Virus record (IMG/VR): IMGVR_UViG_3300021960_008509
Span: 1-52,689 of that record
Length of the DNA stretch: 52,689 bases
Strand: one strand, 5' to 3'
DNA from: a virus
Taxonomy: Duplodnaviria > Caudoviricetes
The translations under genes and the position numbers were made by a program. This document shows, in pieces, positions 1-8,761 of the stretch (positions are counted from its first letter, which is position 1; the number at the start of each line of letters is the position of its first letter). The notes under the pieces are model-generated. The model had not been told where the DNA came from, ran no database searches, and worked only from the letters and a program-made list of their open reading frames with translations.

Positions 1-681
1 TTGGGTGACCTACCATCGCTGTTAGAAGAACTCAAAGCAGAAGCAGTCAAGGTGAATGCTGAGTTGTCTAAGAAACTTGGAATCAACCAGTCAGTTGCCA
101 TCACTTGTGTAAAACCCTCTGGTACGGTCTCACAGCTCGTTGACGCGGCATCTGGGATACACGCACGACATAACCCTTACTACATTCGTACTGTACGTGG
201 AGACAAGAAAGATCCTCTAACCAACTTTATGATCGATAAAGGGTTCCCTGTTGAAGACGATGCGATGAACCCTGCAAACACCGTTGTGTTTTCATTCCCT
301 GTGAAGGTAGACAAGGGTGCAGTATTCCGCACTGATATGACGGCGATTGAACAGTTAGAGATGTGGTTGATCTACCAGAAGCATTGGTGCGAACACAAAC
401 CATCCGTTACTATCTCTGTCAAAGAGCACGAGTGGATGGATGTGGGTGCGTGGACATATGCTAACTTTGACTACATGAGCGGTGTATCGTTCTTACCGTT
501 CTCTGAGCATACATATAAGCAAGCACCTTATCAGGATACTGATGAAGCAGGATACAAAGAGTTGTTGAACATTATGCCAAAGGATATCAACTGGGCAGAT
601 CTAGCAGAATACGAACTAAGCGATACCACGGTGGGTAGTCAAGAACTAGCATGTGCTGCTGGCAATTGTGAAATCGTATAA
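1..681 (+). CDS. nrdJ: Class II (B12-dependent) ribonucleotide reductase, C-terminal part (5'-truncated)
   Basis: TCVKPSGTVSQL motif, WCEHKPSVT and C-terminal redox cysteines ACAAGNCEI, typical of RTPR-type NrdJ. Confidence 0.92.
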   Translation: MGDLPSLLEELKAEAVKVNAELSKKLGINQSVAITCVKPSGTVSQLVDAASGIHARHNPYYIRTVRGDKKDPLTNFMIDKGFPVEDDAMNPANTVVFSFPVKVDKGAVFRTDMTAIEQLEMWLIYQKHWCEHKPSVTISVKEHEWMDVGAWTYANFDYMSGVSFLPFSEHTYKQAPYQDTDEAGYKELLNIMPKDINWADLAEYELSDTTVGSQELACAAGNCEIV

Positions 682-821
682 TGGAGGAGTTCGATTATTC
701 TTTAAATTGTCCTTCGTGTGATGCAGCAGTTGACATTAGAGTTCGTCACGAAGACGAACTTCCGGTGTTTTGTCCTATGTGCGGAGAAGACGTTAATGAA
801 AGCTGGAAAGTGACTGATTAA
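681..821 (+). CDS. Small zinc-ribbon protein (46 aa), not in the ORF track
   Basis: Hand translation MEEFDYSLNCPSCDAAVDIRVRHEDELPVFCPMCGEDVNESWKVTD with two CxxC pairs; ATG overlaps the nrdJ stop. Confidence 0.8.
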   Translation: MEEFDYSLNCPSCDAAVDIRVRHEDELPVFCPMCGEDVNESWKVTD

Positions 822-824
822 CGC

Positions 825-2396
825 ATGTCGTGTAAATTCTTTACTTATAAAGGCCATGACAGTTCTATAACTGAATATGTACCAAATGAGAACTTTATTA
901 TACATGATTTGTCAAAGATATCCGGTATAAAACATTTTTTTTACCGCCAAAGAAAAGATCATTACGAAGAACTTAAAACCAAGATTACTTCGGGTCAACT
1001 TTGTATGACCAAATGGGGTACCAAAGTATTGGGTCCTAATCATAGTGATGTTGGGGGGGAACAAAATTGGTCTCGGGACCCCAAAGACCGATCTTTTTTA
1101 GATCATCATGAATGTCATGCTTGGGGGGCATTTGCTCAATCACCCTTCAAACATGATCGGGCATTCATTCTAGCATACGATGGTGGTGGTGATTCCAACT
1201 GTACTTTATCCTGTGGCATCGATGCAAAGAAAGGATTGACCACTATTGATCGTCCAACTGCTAGTGAAAATATTATAAACCATTCACCCGATTGCATTAC
1301 TCGAATATGGTCAGAGTTTGGATTGCAAGGCGGTTTCAAAAAATCCATAGGTGTACCCCAAGGCAATACCGCCAATTATTGCCTAGACATTTCTGGTAAG
1401 ATTATGGGGTTAAGTGCTTACGGTAAGGAACATCATCAGATAGAATCCTATATTAACAACCTGATGATGTATGGGGCATTCGGGAACAATGCTTTTGTAA
1501 GTTCTAGGCATATTGGGTCATTGCTAGATTTGTTTGAAGCAGACGAAAAAGACGTTGCGTATGCTTTACAAAAAAACCTAGAAAATGTTGTGCTTTCATA
1601 TTTGAAACAATTCGATTTCAATGAATGGAATAATAATCTAATCCTTACGGGTGGTTGTGCATTAAATGTTTTAGTGAATGAGTTGATACGAGAAAACTTT
1701 CCCAACGTTGACGTTTGGGTACCTCCCAATCCAGATGATAGCGGAATTTCTCACGGTGTTGCCGTATATGATCTATGGTCTAAGGGTAACCCCGATTGGA
1801 GTCTACCAGTTATTGGCGCACCTCTTAATGACATTCCTCTCTTAGAAACTCACATCCGTACCAAAGAGTGCATTCAAATATCAGAGATCTCGGATTTAAT
1901 CGATTCAGGAAAGATATTGGGCATTATTGAAGGCGAGTATGAAATAGGCCCTCGTGCATTGGGGCGGAGGTCTATCATATGTGATCCTTCTAGGGTTAAC
2001 ATGAAAGATGTTCTCAACTCAAAGGTCAAGTTCCGTGAATGGTATCGCCCGTTTGCTCCTTTTGTAAGAAAAGAAAATGTTGAAAAATATTTTGAAACTT
2101 TAGACTATCGATGGCACGACTTCATGAGTTTTGCGGTTAAGGTGCGAGGAGATACTGACAGGTTTCCGGCAATAACTCATGTAGACAATACAGCACGAAT
2201 TCAGACTGTAAGCGAAGGTTCTGGTTTTTTCTATGATATTTTGGGACACACTCAAAGCGAAGTGTTGTTGAATACATCCTTTAACATTCAAGGCAAACCT
2301 ACCTTAAACAGTATCGAAGATGCTCTTTGGATACTGGACAACACCGAACTTGATCATGTTCTTGTGGTGCATGAAGGCAATTACTACCTTTTCTAA
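825..2396 (+). CDS. O-carbamoyltransferase (NodU/CmcH/TobZ family)
   Basis: GHDSS, DHHECHA, DGGGD, GKIMGLSAYG, TGGCALNV, EIGPRALGRRSI, KFREWYRPFAP, LLNTSFN motifs. Confidence 0.93.
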   Translation: MSCKFFTYKGHDSSITEYVPNENFIIHDLSKISGIKHFFYRQRKDHYEELKTKITSGQLCMTKWGTKVLGPNHSDVGGEQNWSRDPKDRSFLDHHECHAWGAFAQSPFKHDRAFILAYDGGGDSNCTLSCGIDAKKGLTTIDRPTASENIINHSPDCITRIWSEFGLQGGFKKSIGVPQGNTANYCLDISGKIMGLSAYGKEHHQIESYINNLMMYGAFGNNAFVSSRHIGSLLDLFEADEKDVAYALQKNLENVVLSYLKQFDFNEWNNNLILTGGCALNVLVNELIRENFPNVDVWVPPNPDDSGISHGVAVYDLWSKGNPDWSLPVIGAPLNDIPLLETHIRTKECIQISEISDLIDSGKILGIIEGEYEIGPRALGRRSIICDPSRVNMKDVLNSKVKFREWYRPFAPFVRKENVEKYFETLDYRWHDFMSFAVKVRGDTDRFPAITHVDNTARIQTVSEGSGFFYDILGHTQSEVLLNTSFNIQGKPTLNSIEDALWILDNTELDHVLVVHEGNYYLF

Positions 2397-2400
2397 ATCA

Positions 2401-2408
2401 TATAAGTA
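2401..2408 (+). promoter_or_regulatory. Possible T4-type late promoter variant TATAAGTA
   Basis: One mismatch to TATAAATA, directly upstream of 2414; the same variant occurs at 20064-20071. Confidence 0.4.
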
Positions 2409-2413
2409 ATGTC

Positions 2414-2827
2414 ATGAGTTGGCAATACAATAGCGTTTTATACGAACCTACAGAAGAAGAACTCTCTTCTTTGATAGGATTTGTCTATTGTATTGAAGAA
2501 AAAACTACCGGAAAAAAGTATATTGGCAAGAAAGGATTCTGGCGCAATAAGATCCTACCTGTCACCAAATCTCGCAAGAGACGCAAGCACACGCTCGTAG
2601 AGAGCGATTGGAGGACTTACCATGGTTCTAGTGCCCTATTAAAAGAAAACGTATTACTTAACGGAGAAGATATATATAATAGGGTAATATTGAGATTATG
2701 TAAGACTAAAGGTGAAATGTCGTACTTCGAAGCGAAAGAACAGTTTGATCGAGATGTGCTTTTAAAGGATGATTATTACAACGAATTTATTGGATGCAAG
2801 ATACATTCTAAACATTTAAAATTATAA
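2414..2827 (+). CDS. denA: GIY-YIG nuclease, T4 endonuclease II-like
   Basis: GFVYCI...KKYIGKK, ESDWRTYHGSS, YYN; single-domain size of 137 aa. Confidence 0.75.
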   Translation: MSWQYNSVLYEPTEEELSSLIGFVYCIEEKTTGKKYIGKKGFWRNKILPVTKSRKRRKHTLVESDWRTYHGSSALLKENVLLNGEDIYNRVILRLCKTKGEMSYFEAKEQFDRDVLLKDDYYNEFIGCKIHSKHLKL

Positions 2828-2830
2828 ATA
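2823..2830 (+). promoter_or_regulatory. T4 late (gp55) promoter TATAAATA
   Basis: Exact consensus upstream of the ORF at 2859. Confidence 0.7.
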
Positions 2831-2858
2831 TTAACTGATTCAATAAGATTAATTAACC

Positions 2859-3557
2859 ATGTTAAGATTTTCACAACACATTCTCTCCGAAGGTGTCAAC
2901 GACCCCGCAATCTTCAAAGCAATCTTTCTCGCCGGTGGTCCTGGCAGTGGCAAATCATTCATCGCAGGTAAGACTGGGTTACCAGCACTGGGATATCGCG
3001 TTGTCAACTCTGACGATGCATTCGAAGCATCAATGAAGAAAGCCGGTATCGCATTAGACCCCGAAGGTATCTTCTCTGACAAGGGTCAAGAACTCCGTGG
3101 TCGAGCAAAGACTCTCACTGGTAAGAAACAAGAACTCTATCTCAAAGGTCGTTTAGGTCTTGTCATTGATGGCACAGGTCGTGATCATGCGAAAGTGGCG
3201 CAACAAGCAAAGATGATGAAGAAGATGGGTTACGATGTCGCAATGATATTCGTAAACACCGACAAAGACACCGCACTGCAACGCAACCGTGATCGTGAAC
3301 GCTCACTACCTGACGCAGAGGTTGCTAAGATGTGGGACACTATCCAACAGAACGTTGGTCTGTTGCAAAACATTTTTGGTAAGAAAAACTTTTTAGTAGT
3401 CGATAACTCTGACGGCAAGGACTACAAGAAAGAGACGTTACGTGCATATAGAGACGCGGTGAAGTTTACCAATAAACCACCTGAGTCAAAAGATGCTAGA
3501 GCGTGGATTGCTAGTCAGAAGAAGGGTCGAGCAGTGCAACAGAAACTGCCCATTTAA
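2859..3557 (+). CDS. P-loop kinase (zeta-toxin/AAA_33-like)
   Basis: Walker A GGPGSGKS, VIDGTG, ALQRNRDRER lid motif. Confidence 0.8.
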   Translation: MLRFSQHILSEGVNDPAIFKAIFLAGGPGSGKSFIAGKTGLPALGYRVVNSDDAFEASMKKAGIALDPEGIFSDKGQELRGRAKTLTGKKQELYLKGRLGLVIDGTGRDHAKVAQQAKMMKKMGYDVAMIFVNTDKDTALQRNRDRERSLPDAEVAKMWDTIQQNVGLLQNIFGKKNFLVVDNSDGKDYKKETLRAYRDAVKFTNKPPESKDARAWIASQKKGRAVQQKLPI

Positions 3558-3565
3558 ATAAAAAC

Positions 3566-3594
3566 TTGACAAATGGTTCTAGATGTGTTACCCT
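3566..3594 (+). promoter_or_regulatory. Sigma70-type early promoter
   Basis: TTGACA-17 nt-TACCCT with an extended-10 TG and an A-rich upstream tract; intergenic. Confidence 0.6.
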
Positions 3595-3623
3595 AGAGCT
3601 ATAGTTCGAAGAGAGAATATACT

Positions 3624-4058
3624 ATGGTTAATTACGTACAGCGACAAGTATTTGAAATATTAGAAAAGTTTGTTACATGCAAAACAAGAAAAGAAAAAAT
3701 CGAACATCTGCAATTAAACAATATCATGCCTCTTAAAGATGTACTTAGGGGTACGTTTGACGACAAAATTCAATGGAATCTTCCTCCTGGTAAACCACCG
3801 TACACTGCTAATAGACCAGAAAGTACACCATCCACACTTCTTAAACAACACAAAAAGTTTAAATATTTTGTGAAAGGATTTCGCGAATCCGAATCTCTCA
3901 TTCCCGTTAAACGAGAAAGAATGTTTATAGATATGCTTGAATCAATTCATCATGAAGATGCTAAGATATTAATATCTATGATAAATAAAAAACCACCAGT
4001 GAAGGGATTAACTAAAAAAATAGTAGAGGAGGCTTTCCCCAATTTAATCTCAACTTAA
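3624..4058 (+). CDS. Conserved T4-like phage hypothetical protein (DUF6433-like)
   Basis: WNLPPGKPPY...KRERMFIDMLESIH pattern that I recognise from T4-like phages. Confidence 0.7.
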   Translation: MVNYVQRQVFEILEKFVTCKTRKEKIEHLQLNNIMPLKDVLRGTFDDKIQWNLPPGKPPYTANRPESTPSTLLKQHKKFKYFVKGFRESESLIPVKRERMFIDMLESIHHEDAKILISMINKKPPVKGLTKKIVEEAFPNLIST

Positions 4059-4093
4059 TTATGTGAATACCCAAATCGATAACAAGGAGACTT

Positions 4094-4258
4094 ATGCCTA
4101 TGGTAACAAACCAAATAGAACGACTAAAAAAAGACTCTAGGGAACTTGGACATTATATTCACAAGTTAAATAAAAAAGGTAAAGGCGATGCAGCACATAG
4201 AATGGTTAAGAAACAAGCATTCTTAGATGCCGCCATACAACAAGTCACGAGGGGGTGA
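4094..4258 (+). CDS. Small basic hypothetical protein (54 aa), not in the ORF track
   Basis: AGGAG Shine-Dalgarno; translation MPMVTNQIERLKKDSRELGHYIHKLNKKGKGDAAHRMVKKQAFLDAAIQQVTRG. Confidence 0.7.
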   Translation: MPMVTNQIERLKKDSRELGHYIHKLNKKGKGDAAHRMVKKQAFLDAAIQQVTRG

Positions 4259-4271
4259 TCCTTATCTAATC

Positions 4272-4302
4272 GGATCCCTCTCAAAATAGAGGGATCCATT
4301 TT
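4272..4302 (+). terminator. Rho-independent terminator
   Basis: 10-bp stem GGATCCCTCT/AGAGGGATCC with a 6-nt loop, followed by ATTTT. Confidence 0.65.
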
Positions 4303-4313
4303 AGGATATTATT

Positions 4314-4547
4314 ATGCCAACATACGATATGAAAAATAAAGAGACAGGCGAAATTAAAGAAATGTTTCTGAAAATTAGCGAAAAAGATACACTAGAAAAA
4401 GAAGGGGTTTGGGTGCAAACGCATCTTGAACCAATGAAAATTGTACGTACTACAACTTCATCTTTATCTAAAACTTCTAATGCATGGAGAGACCACTTGA
4501 AACATATTAAATCTACCTCGGGTCGCTCTAACACAATTAAAATTTAA
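4314..4547 (+). CDS. FmdB-like small protein (cysteine-less variant)
   Basis: MPTYDMKNKETGE N-terminus, positioned directly before phoH as in many T4-like phages. Confidence 0.65.
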   Translation: MPTYDMKNKETGEIKEMFLKISEKDTLEKEGVWVQTHLEPMKIVRTTTSSLSKTSNAWRDHLKHIKSTSGRSNTIKI

Positions 4548-5251
4548 TGCGAGGATCACAACCCCCACATCAACAACCGGATATGCGGATCCGTCTTGAC
4601 CAGATGGATACCATCGAACCTATCACACCTCATCAAACAGATGCATGGAAAGGTTGGAGAGACGGTGACCATCTCGCCATGACTGGGACTGCCGGTACAG
4701 GCAAAACGTTCCTTGCCATGTATCTTGCACTCGAAGAAGTGATGGACAAAAGCACCCCATACGATACCTTGCGTATCATTCGGTCTGTAGTACCAACCCG
4801 CGAGATTGGATTTCTTCCCGGAACTGTAGAAGAAAAGTTGAACTCTTACACGGGACCATATCGAGCTGCAGCAACCGAGTTATTCAATGATCCCAAAGCA
4901 TATGATAAGTTGGTGCACAATAATTTCGTCACGTTTGAAAGTACCTCATTTCTACGTGGTATTACATATGATAGCAGTATCATAATAGTTGATGAGATGC
5001 AAAACATGACCCTGCATGAGTTAGATTCTGTTATCACGCGAGTGGGTCAAGCAACCAAGATCGTATTTTGTGGTGATTACTATCAGAGCGATTTCAAACA
5101 AGAGAAAGACAAGAACGGTGTAAACCAGTTTTTAAGTATCCTAGACAACATGAAGAGTTTCACGCATGTTGAGTTTGGGTGGGAAGATATAGTCAGGAGT
5201 GATTTTGTTCGTGACTATATAATGACAAAAGAATGGATGGGAATCAGATGA
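4547..5251 (+). CDS. phoH: PhoH-family ATPase
   Basis: GTAGTGKT, IGFLPG, FLRGIT, IVDEMQN, GDYYQSD, DIVRS. Confidence 0.95.
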   Translation: MRGSQPPHQQPDMRIRLDQMDTIEPITPHQTDAWKGWRDGDHLAMTGTAGTGKTFLAMYLALEEVMDKSTPYDTLRIIRSVVPTREIGFLPGTVEEKLNSYTGPYRAAATELFNDPKAYDKLVHNNFVTFESTSFLRGITYDSSIIIVDEMQNMTLHELDSVITRVGQATKIVFCGDYYQSDFKQEKDKNGVNQFLSILDNMKSFTHVEFGWEDIVRSDFVRDYIMTKEWMGIR

Positions 5252-5694
5252 ACAGAGAAGAAATTTTTGAAACATTAAAAGTAGACGAGGGTGTCAAGTA
5301 TGAAATATATGCAGACCATCTCGGTTACCACACCTTTGGCGTGGGGCACCTTGTTACCAACGAAGATACCGAATGGGGACAAGAGTTCGGAACGCCAGTC
5401 TCCGAAGAGAGAGTATGGGAATGCTTCGACAAAGACCTTGACACCTCAATCAGCGAGTGTCATGTGTTATACGGCCAAGGGGTCTTTGAAGAGTTTCCCG
5501 AGACCGTCAAGCAGGTCGTGGTTAATATGATGTTCAACATGGGCAGACCTCGGTTGTCTAAGTTCAAGAAATTCAATGCAGCACTCCTTGCTAATGATTG
5601 GAAGGAAGCAGCAGTTGAAGGGCGTGACTCACGATGGCACAAGCAGGTGACCAATCGTGCTGAACGTTTGATGGTAAAACTCGAAGATATCTAA
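5248..5694 (+). CDS. T4-type lysozyme (GH24), probable endolysin
   Basis: Catalytic E-x8-D-x5-T pattern DEGVKYEIYADHLGYHTFGVG, NMMFNMG, SRWHKQVTNRA; start chosen at the ATGA overlap with phoH. Confidence 0.9.
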   Translation: MNREEIFETLKVDEGVKYEIYADHLGYHTFGVGHLVTNEDTEWGQEFGTPVSEERVWECFDKDLDTSISECHVLYGQGVFEEFPETVKQVVVNMMFNMGRPRLSKFKKFNAALLANDWKEAAVEGRDSRWHKQVTNRAERLMVKLEDI

Positions 5695-5717
5695 AAAGAG
5701 TTATAAGGGTAATTGAA

Positions 5718-5876
5718 ATGGCAAAGTATGGGAAATTTGATCCCCGTAACAAAAAGAAAAATAAAGATAAAAGATATATCGTTGATACAAAACGGGCAAA
5801 TAAATCGAAACCTACTGATTACAACGAAAATATCGAGAAAATTTTAGATTTAGAATTGAAAAAAAAATATTCTTGA
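5718..5876 (+). CDS. Small lysine-rich protein (52 aa), not in the ORF track
   Basis: MAKYGKFDPRNKKKNKDKR...; fills the intergenic gap on the coding strand. Confidence 0.6.
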   Translation: MAKYGKFDPRNKKKNKDKRYIVDTKRANKSKPTDYNENIEKILDLELKKKYS

Positions 5877-5886
5877 GTAGATAATA

Positions 5887-6747
5887 TTGAACCCTTACGT
5901 CACAGATGTGAACGGCGATAAGTGGCTTTGTAAGGGTAACACTTTGTTATTTCGAGGCACATCAGGCATTAATGATTGTTTGATGGGTCTTAACACTGCC
6001 TACTTTTTGTCGCACATGCTTCAAAAACAAATTCATCTCCACTTCTATTGGTGGCACGATGAAGACTACTTGTTTCATTGTGAAGACCCAGAAACTATTA
6101 TAGAACGCACGAACTACCTCGAATCATTTTACCTCAACTATGGATCTGTAAAAGTCTCACATTTCTCCAATGTAGATGTGGATTTTTTTAACAAAGACTT
6201 ACATATTAATATCGAAAGGGGTGATCGTCTTGGTACACAGACCGCATTGTCTGGCGTTAACTCGTGGTTCATGAACGATAAAGTATCCTATGAAACGAAA
6301 GTCAATCCTAACTTAATTGTATTGTGGAGACCGATTCGCGCTATCGGTACTGTTCGGAAAGAAAAGCTTTCTTACGACAATGAGTATTGGAACGGAGTCA
6401 TTTGGATGCTTAAGCATAATGGGTTCGAGGTGCAGGAGATTGACTATCGCACTCCTATCCGCGAAGTCATGTATTTAATACCAAGATGTGCCGCAGTCAT
6501 TGGGTACCAAGGATTGTATCAATACATATCTCGAAATTTGTATAAACCGTCTATCATTGTAGCAGACCATGTTCTGATACGCAATCACAATCCCCATGCC
6601 GTCATTTTCAAAGCACCTAAGCATGACACAAAAGACCGAAACTTTATGGACTACATAAGAGTATTGAGGAAAAAATTACCTGATATGACAGGTAAAGCAA
6701 TTTTCACTAGACGAAAATTGAAAGGAGTTGTATATGGCAAAAAATAG
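5887..6747 (+). CDS. Putative glycosyltransferase (GT-B, GT9-like C-terminus)
   Basis: AAVIGYQGLYQYISRNLYKPSIIV resembles the GT9 donor-binding segment; first gene of the GT cluster. Confidence 0.5.
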   Translation: MNPYVTDVNGDKWLCKGNTLLFRGTSGINDCLMGLNTAYFLSHMLQKQIHLHFYWWHDEDYLFHCEDPETIIERTNYLESFYLNYGSVKVSHFSNVDVDFFNKDLHINIERGDRLGTQTALSGVNSWFMNDKVSYETKVNPNLIVLWRPIRAIGTVRKEKLSYDNEYWNGVIWMLKHNGFEVQEIDYRTPIREVMYLIPRCAAVIGYQGLYQYISRNLYKPSIIVADHVLIRNHNPHAVIFKAPKHDTKDRNFMDYIRVLRKKLPDMTGKAIFTRRKLKGVVYGKK

Positions 6748-7348
6748 AAAACCAGCAGTCCATATGATTGTCATCAAAGATAATCCTGTTTCAGAATACT
6801 ATGCTGACATTAGCATTAAATCTTGGGAAAGGTTTGGATTTAAGGTGGTTGTTGTAGATGCAGTGACACCGGAAACTTTAGATGAATATAAAGATTTGAA
6901 AGAGTTGAATTTTGGTACTAAGATGTCTGGTCGAGGATCTCCGAGAGAATTTACACCAACTGAAAAAGCAATATGGGCAAGTCATCATAAAGTATGGCGA
7001 ATGGCAACTTTAAAAAAATCTAGTACCATTCTTGCCGAACACGATGCTATTCTACTGGAAGACTTCGATGAGTCTAGATGTTTAGTGAATGACAAAATTT
7101 GTGCGGGTCTTTCACATTGTGGTTATCTGTCTAAACACCCCGAAAAGGGTAAACGGATCAGCGCGGGTGCATGTTACATTATGTCGCAAGACATGGCAAA
7201 ATATTTTCGACAGTGTGTACCTAAGAACATTACTTCCAACAGTGACAATTATATACATCAGATGATTACCCAAAACGGTATTTGGTTGCATCAACATGTT
7301 ACTCAATTTTATGATGCAACTGTAGGCACAACTATCGATCATGGATGA
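6734..7348 (+). CDS. GT25-like glycosyltransferase
   Basis: DAVTP, TEKAIWASHHKVW, LAEHDA, AGACYIMS; AGGAG Shine-Dalgarno before ATG 6734. Confidence 0.75.
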   Translation: MAKNRKPAVHMIVIKDNPVSEYYADISIKSWERFGFKVVVVDAVTPETLDEYKDLKELNFGTKMSGRGSPREFTPTEKAIWASHHKVWRMATLKKSSTILAEHDAILLEDFDESRCLVNDKICAGLSHCGYLSKHPEKGKRISAGACYIMSQDMAKYFRQCVPKNITSNSDNYIHQMITQNGIWLHQHVTQFYDATVGTTIDHG

Positions 7349-8030
7349 TCTGAAAGTATTCATCGGATGGGATCCTCGCGAGGTAGAAGCTTATGAAGTA
7401 TGTCGAGCATCTATATTAGAACATTCTCCCAATACTAGCATTACTCCCATAATAAAGGATCAGTTGTGGGAATATACGCGTGAAGATATAAATGCTACCT
7501 CTGAGTTTACACTGACTCGTTTCTTTGTTCCCTTCTTAAGTCAATATGAAGGGTTTTCATTGTTCATGGACTGTGATATACTATGTACCACGGACATCAG
7601 AAACATACTGAATGAAGTAGATCCAAACCACATGGTCAGTTGTATAAAACATGACTATATACCTAAGTCAAATACAAAAATGGATAATCAAGTACAGTCC
7701 GTATATCCCAGAAAAAACTGGTCTTCGGTAATGGTGTTTAATAATGAGAAATGTAAAATACTTTCTCCAGATATCGTGAACAATTCAACACCTTCTTATC
7801 TACATAGATTCAAATGGGCATCAGACCACGCCATAGGTTTTTTACCTCACACGTGGAATTACCTTGTGGGGTATTATGATGATATAGAACTTCCCAGTTT
7901 AATTCACTATACTGACGGTGGACCTTGGTTTGATAATTATAAAGATTGTGACTTTGCAAAAGAATGGATAGACAAATATGAAGAGATTAATATATCAGGT
8001 GTATTTGGGAGAAAAAAACAACCTGTATGA
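7341..8030 (+). CDS. GT-A glycosyltransferase (CDI-like/GT8-like)
   Basis: VFIGWDPRE, SEFTLTRF, FMDCD (DxD), YPRKNWSSV, IHYTDGGPW. Confidence 0.85.
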   Translation: MDDLKVFIGWDPREVEAYEVCRASILEHSPNTSITPIIKDQLWEYTREDINATSEFTLTRFFVPFLSQYEGFSLFMDCDILCTTDIRNILNEVDPNHMVSCIKHDYIPKSNTKMDNQVQSVYPRKNWSSVMVFNNEKCKILSPDIVNNSTPSYLHRFKWASDHAIGFLPHTWNYLVGYYDDIELPSLIHYTDGGPWFDNYKDCDFAKEWIDKYEEINISGVFGRKKQPV

Positions 8031-8757
8031 TTTTTGTACTGAAAGTGTGAAAGACTATGCAAAGAAAAATAACATAGACCATTATCTTCAAACTAAACCC
8101 TTACTTAGAATTAAACCAAATCCCTTTAGTAATGGGCGCAGTGAAAATGCTACTCGAAAACATGGAGGGTTCCTTCCTATTTACGAAAAAGAAAATGCGT
8201 TCGGATTTATTGATGATTATGATCAGATTGCAATCGTTGATGCCGACATATTCATACGTCCTGGTTCACCCAACTTGTTCAATAACTTCGGAGATAAATA
8301 TCCGTTTGGGGCAGTTGTCGAAAGAGATATGCCACTACAACCATGGTACGTAGAAAAAATACGCAACTACTCTCAGATGCAATATTCTACATTGCGAGAT
8401 GTAGATTGGAAATGGAATAGAAAAGGAGGAGAGTTCTACAACATGGGGTTAATGGTTATGAATTGTGAGTTGTTTAAACCTTATCTTCTAGGACAAACTC
8501 CAGCAGAATTTTTTAATCGTCCTGAATTCCAACGGTTTATCGATGGTGTAGGTGCATGGAAATGGAGTACAGATCAAACACTTTTAAACTGGTGGGTTAA
8601 AAAGCAAAACATCCCAGTGAAACAATTAAATTGGCGCTGGAACGGTTTGTTTTCTGCCAACAGTAATATTACGGAATGTCATTTCGTACATTTCTTTTTA
8701 CGTAGTAAATTGCCCAATAAGGGAAATAATATTGACGAATTGATGATGAGGATATAA
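7978..8757 (+). CDS. GT-A (GT8-like) glycosyltransferase
   Basis: IVDADIF, FYNMGLMV, TDQTLLN, WNG, FVHF. Confidence 0.8.
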   Translation: MKRLIYQVYLGEKNNLYDFCTESVKDYAKKNNIDHYLQTKPLLRIKPNPFSNGRSENATRKHGGFLPIYEKENAFGFIDDYDQIAIVDADIFIRPGSPNLFNNFGDKYPFGAVVERDMPLQPWYVEKIRNYSQMQYSTLRDVDWKWNRKGGEFYNMGLMVMNCELFKPYLLGQTPAEFFNRPEFQRFIDGVGAWKWSTDQTLLNWWVKKQNIPVKQLNWRWNGLFSANSNITECHFVHFFLRSKLPNKGNNIDELMMRI

Positions 8758-8761
8758 CCAT

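Noticed and set aside
2414-2827. Mobile GIY-YIG homing endonuclease or intron
   Set aside because: Single catalytic domain with no DNA-binding extension, not interrupting a gene, and it matches the EndoII-like pattern
2859-3557. Complete epsilon/zeta toxin-antitoxin module
   Set aside because: No antitoxin-like gene upstream; late-promoter context
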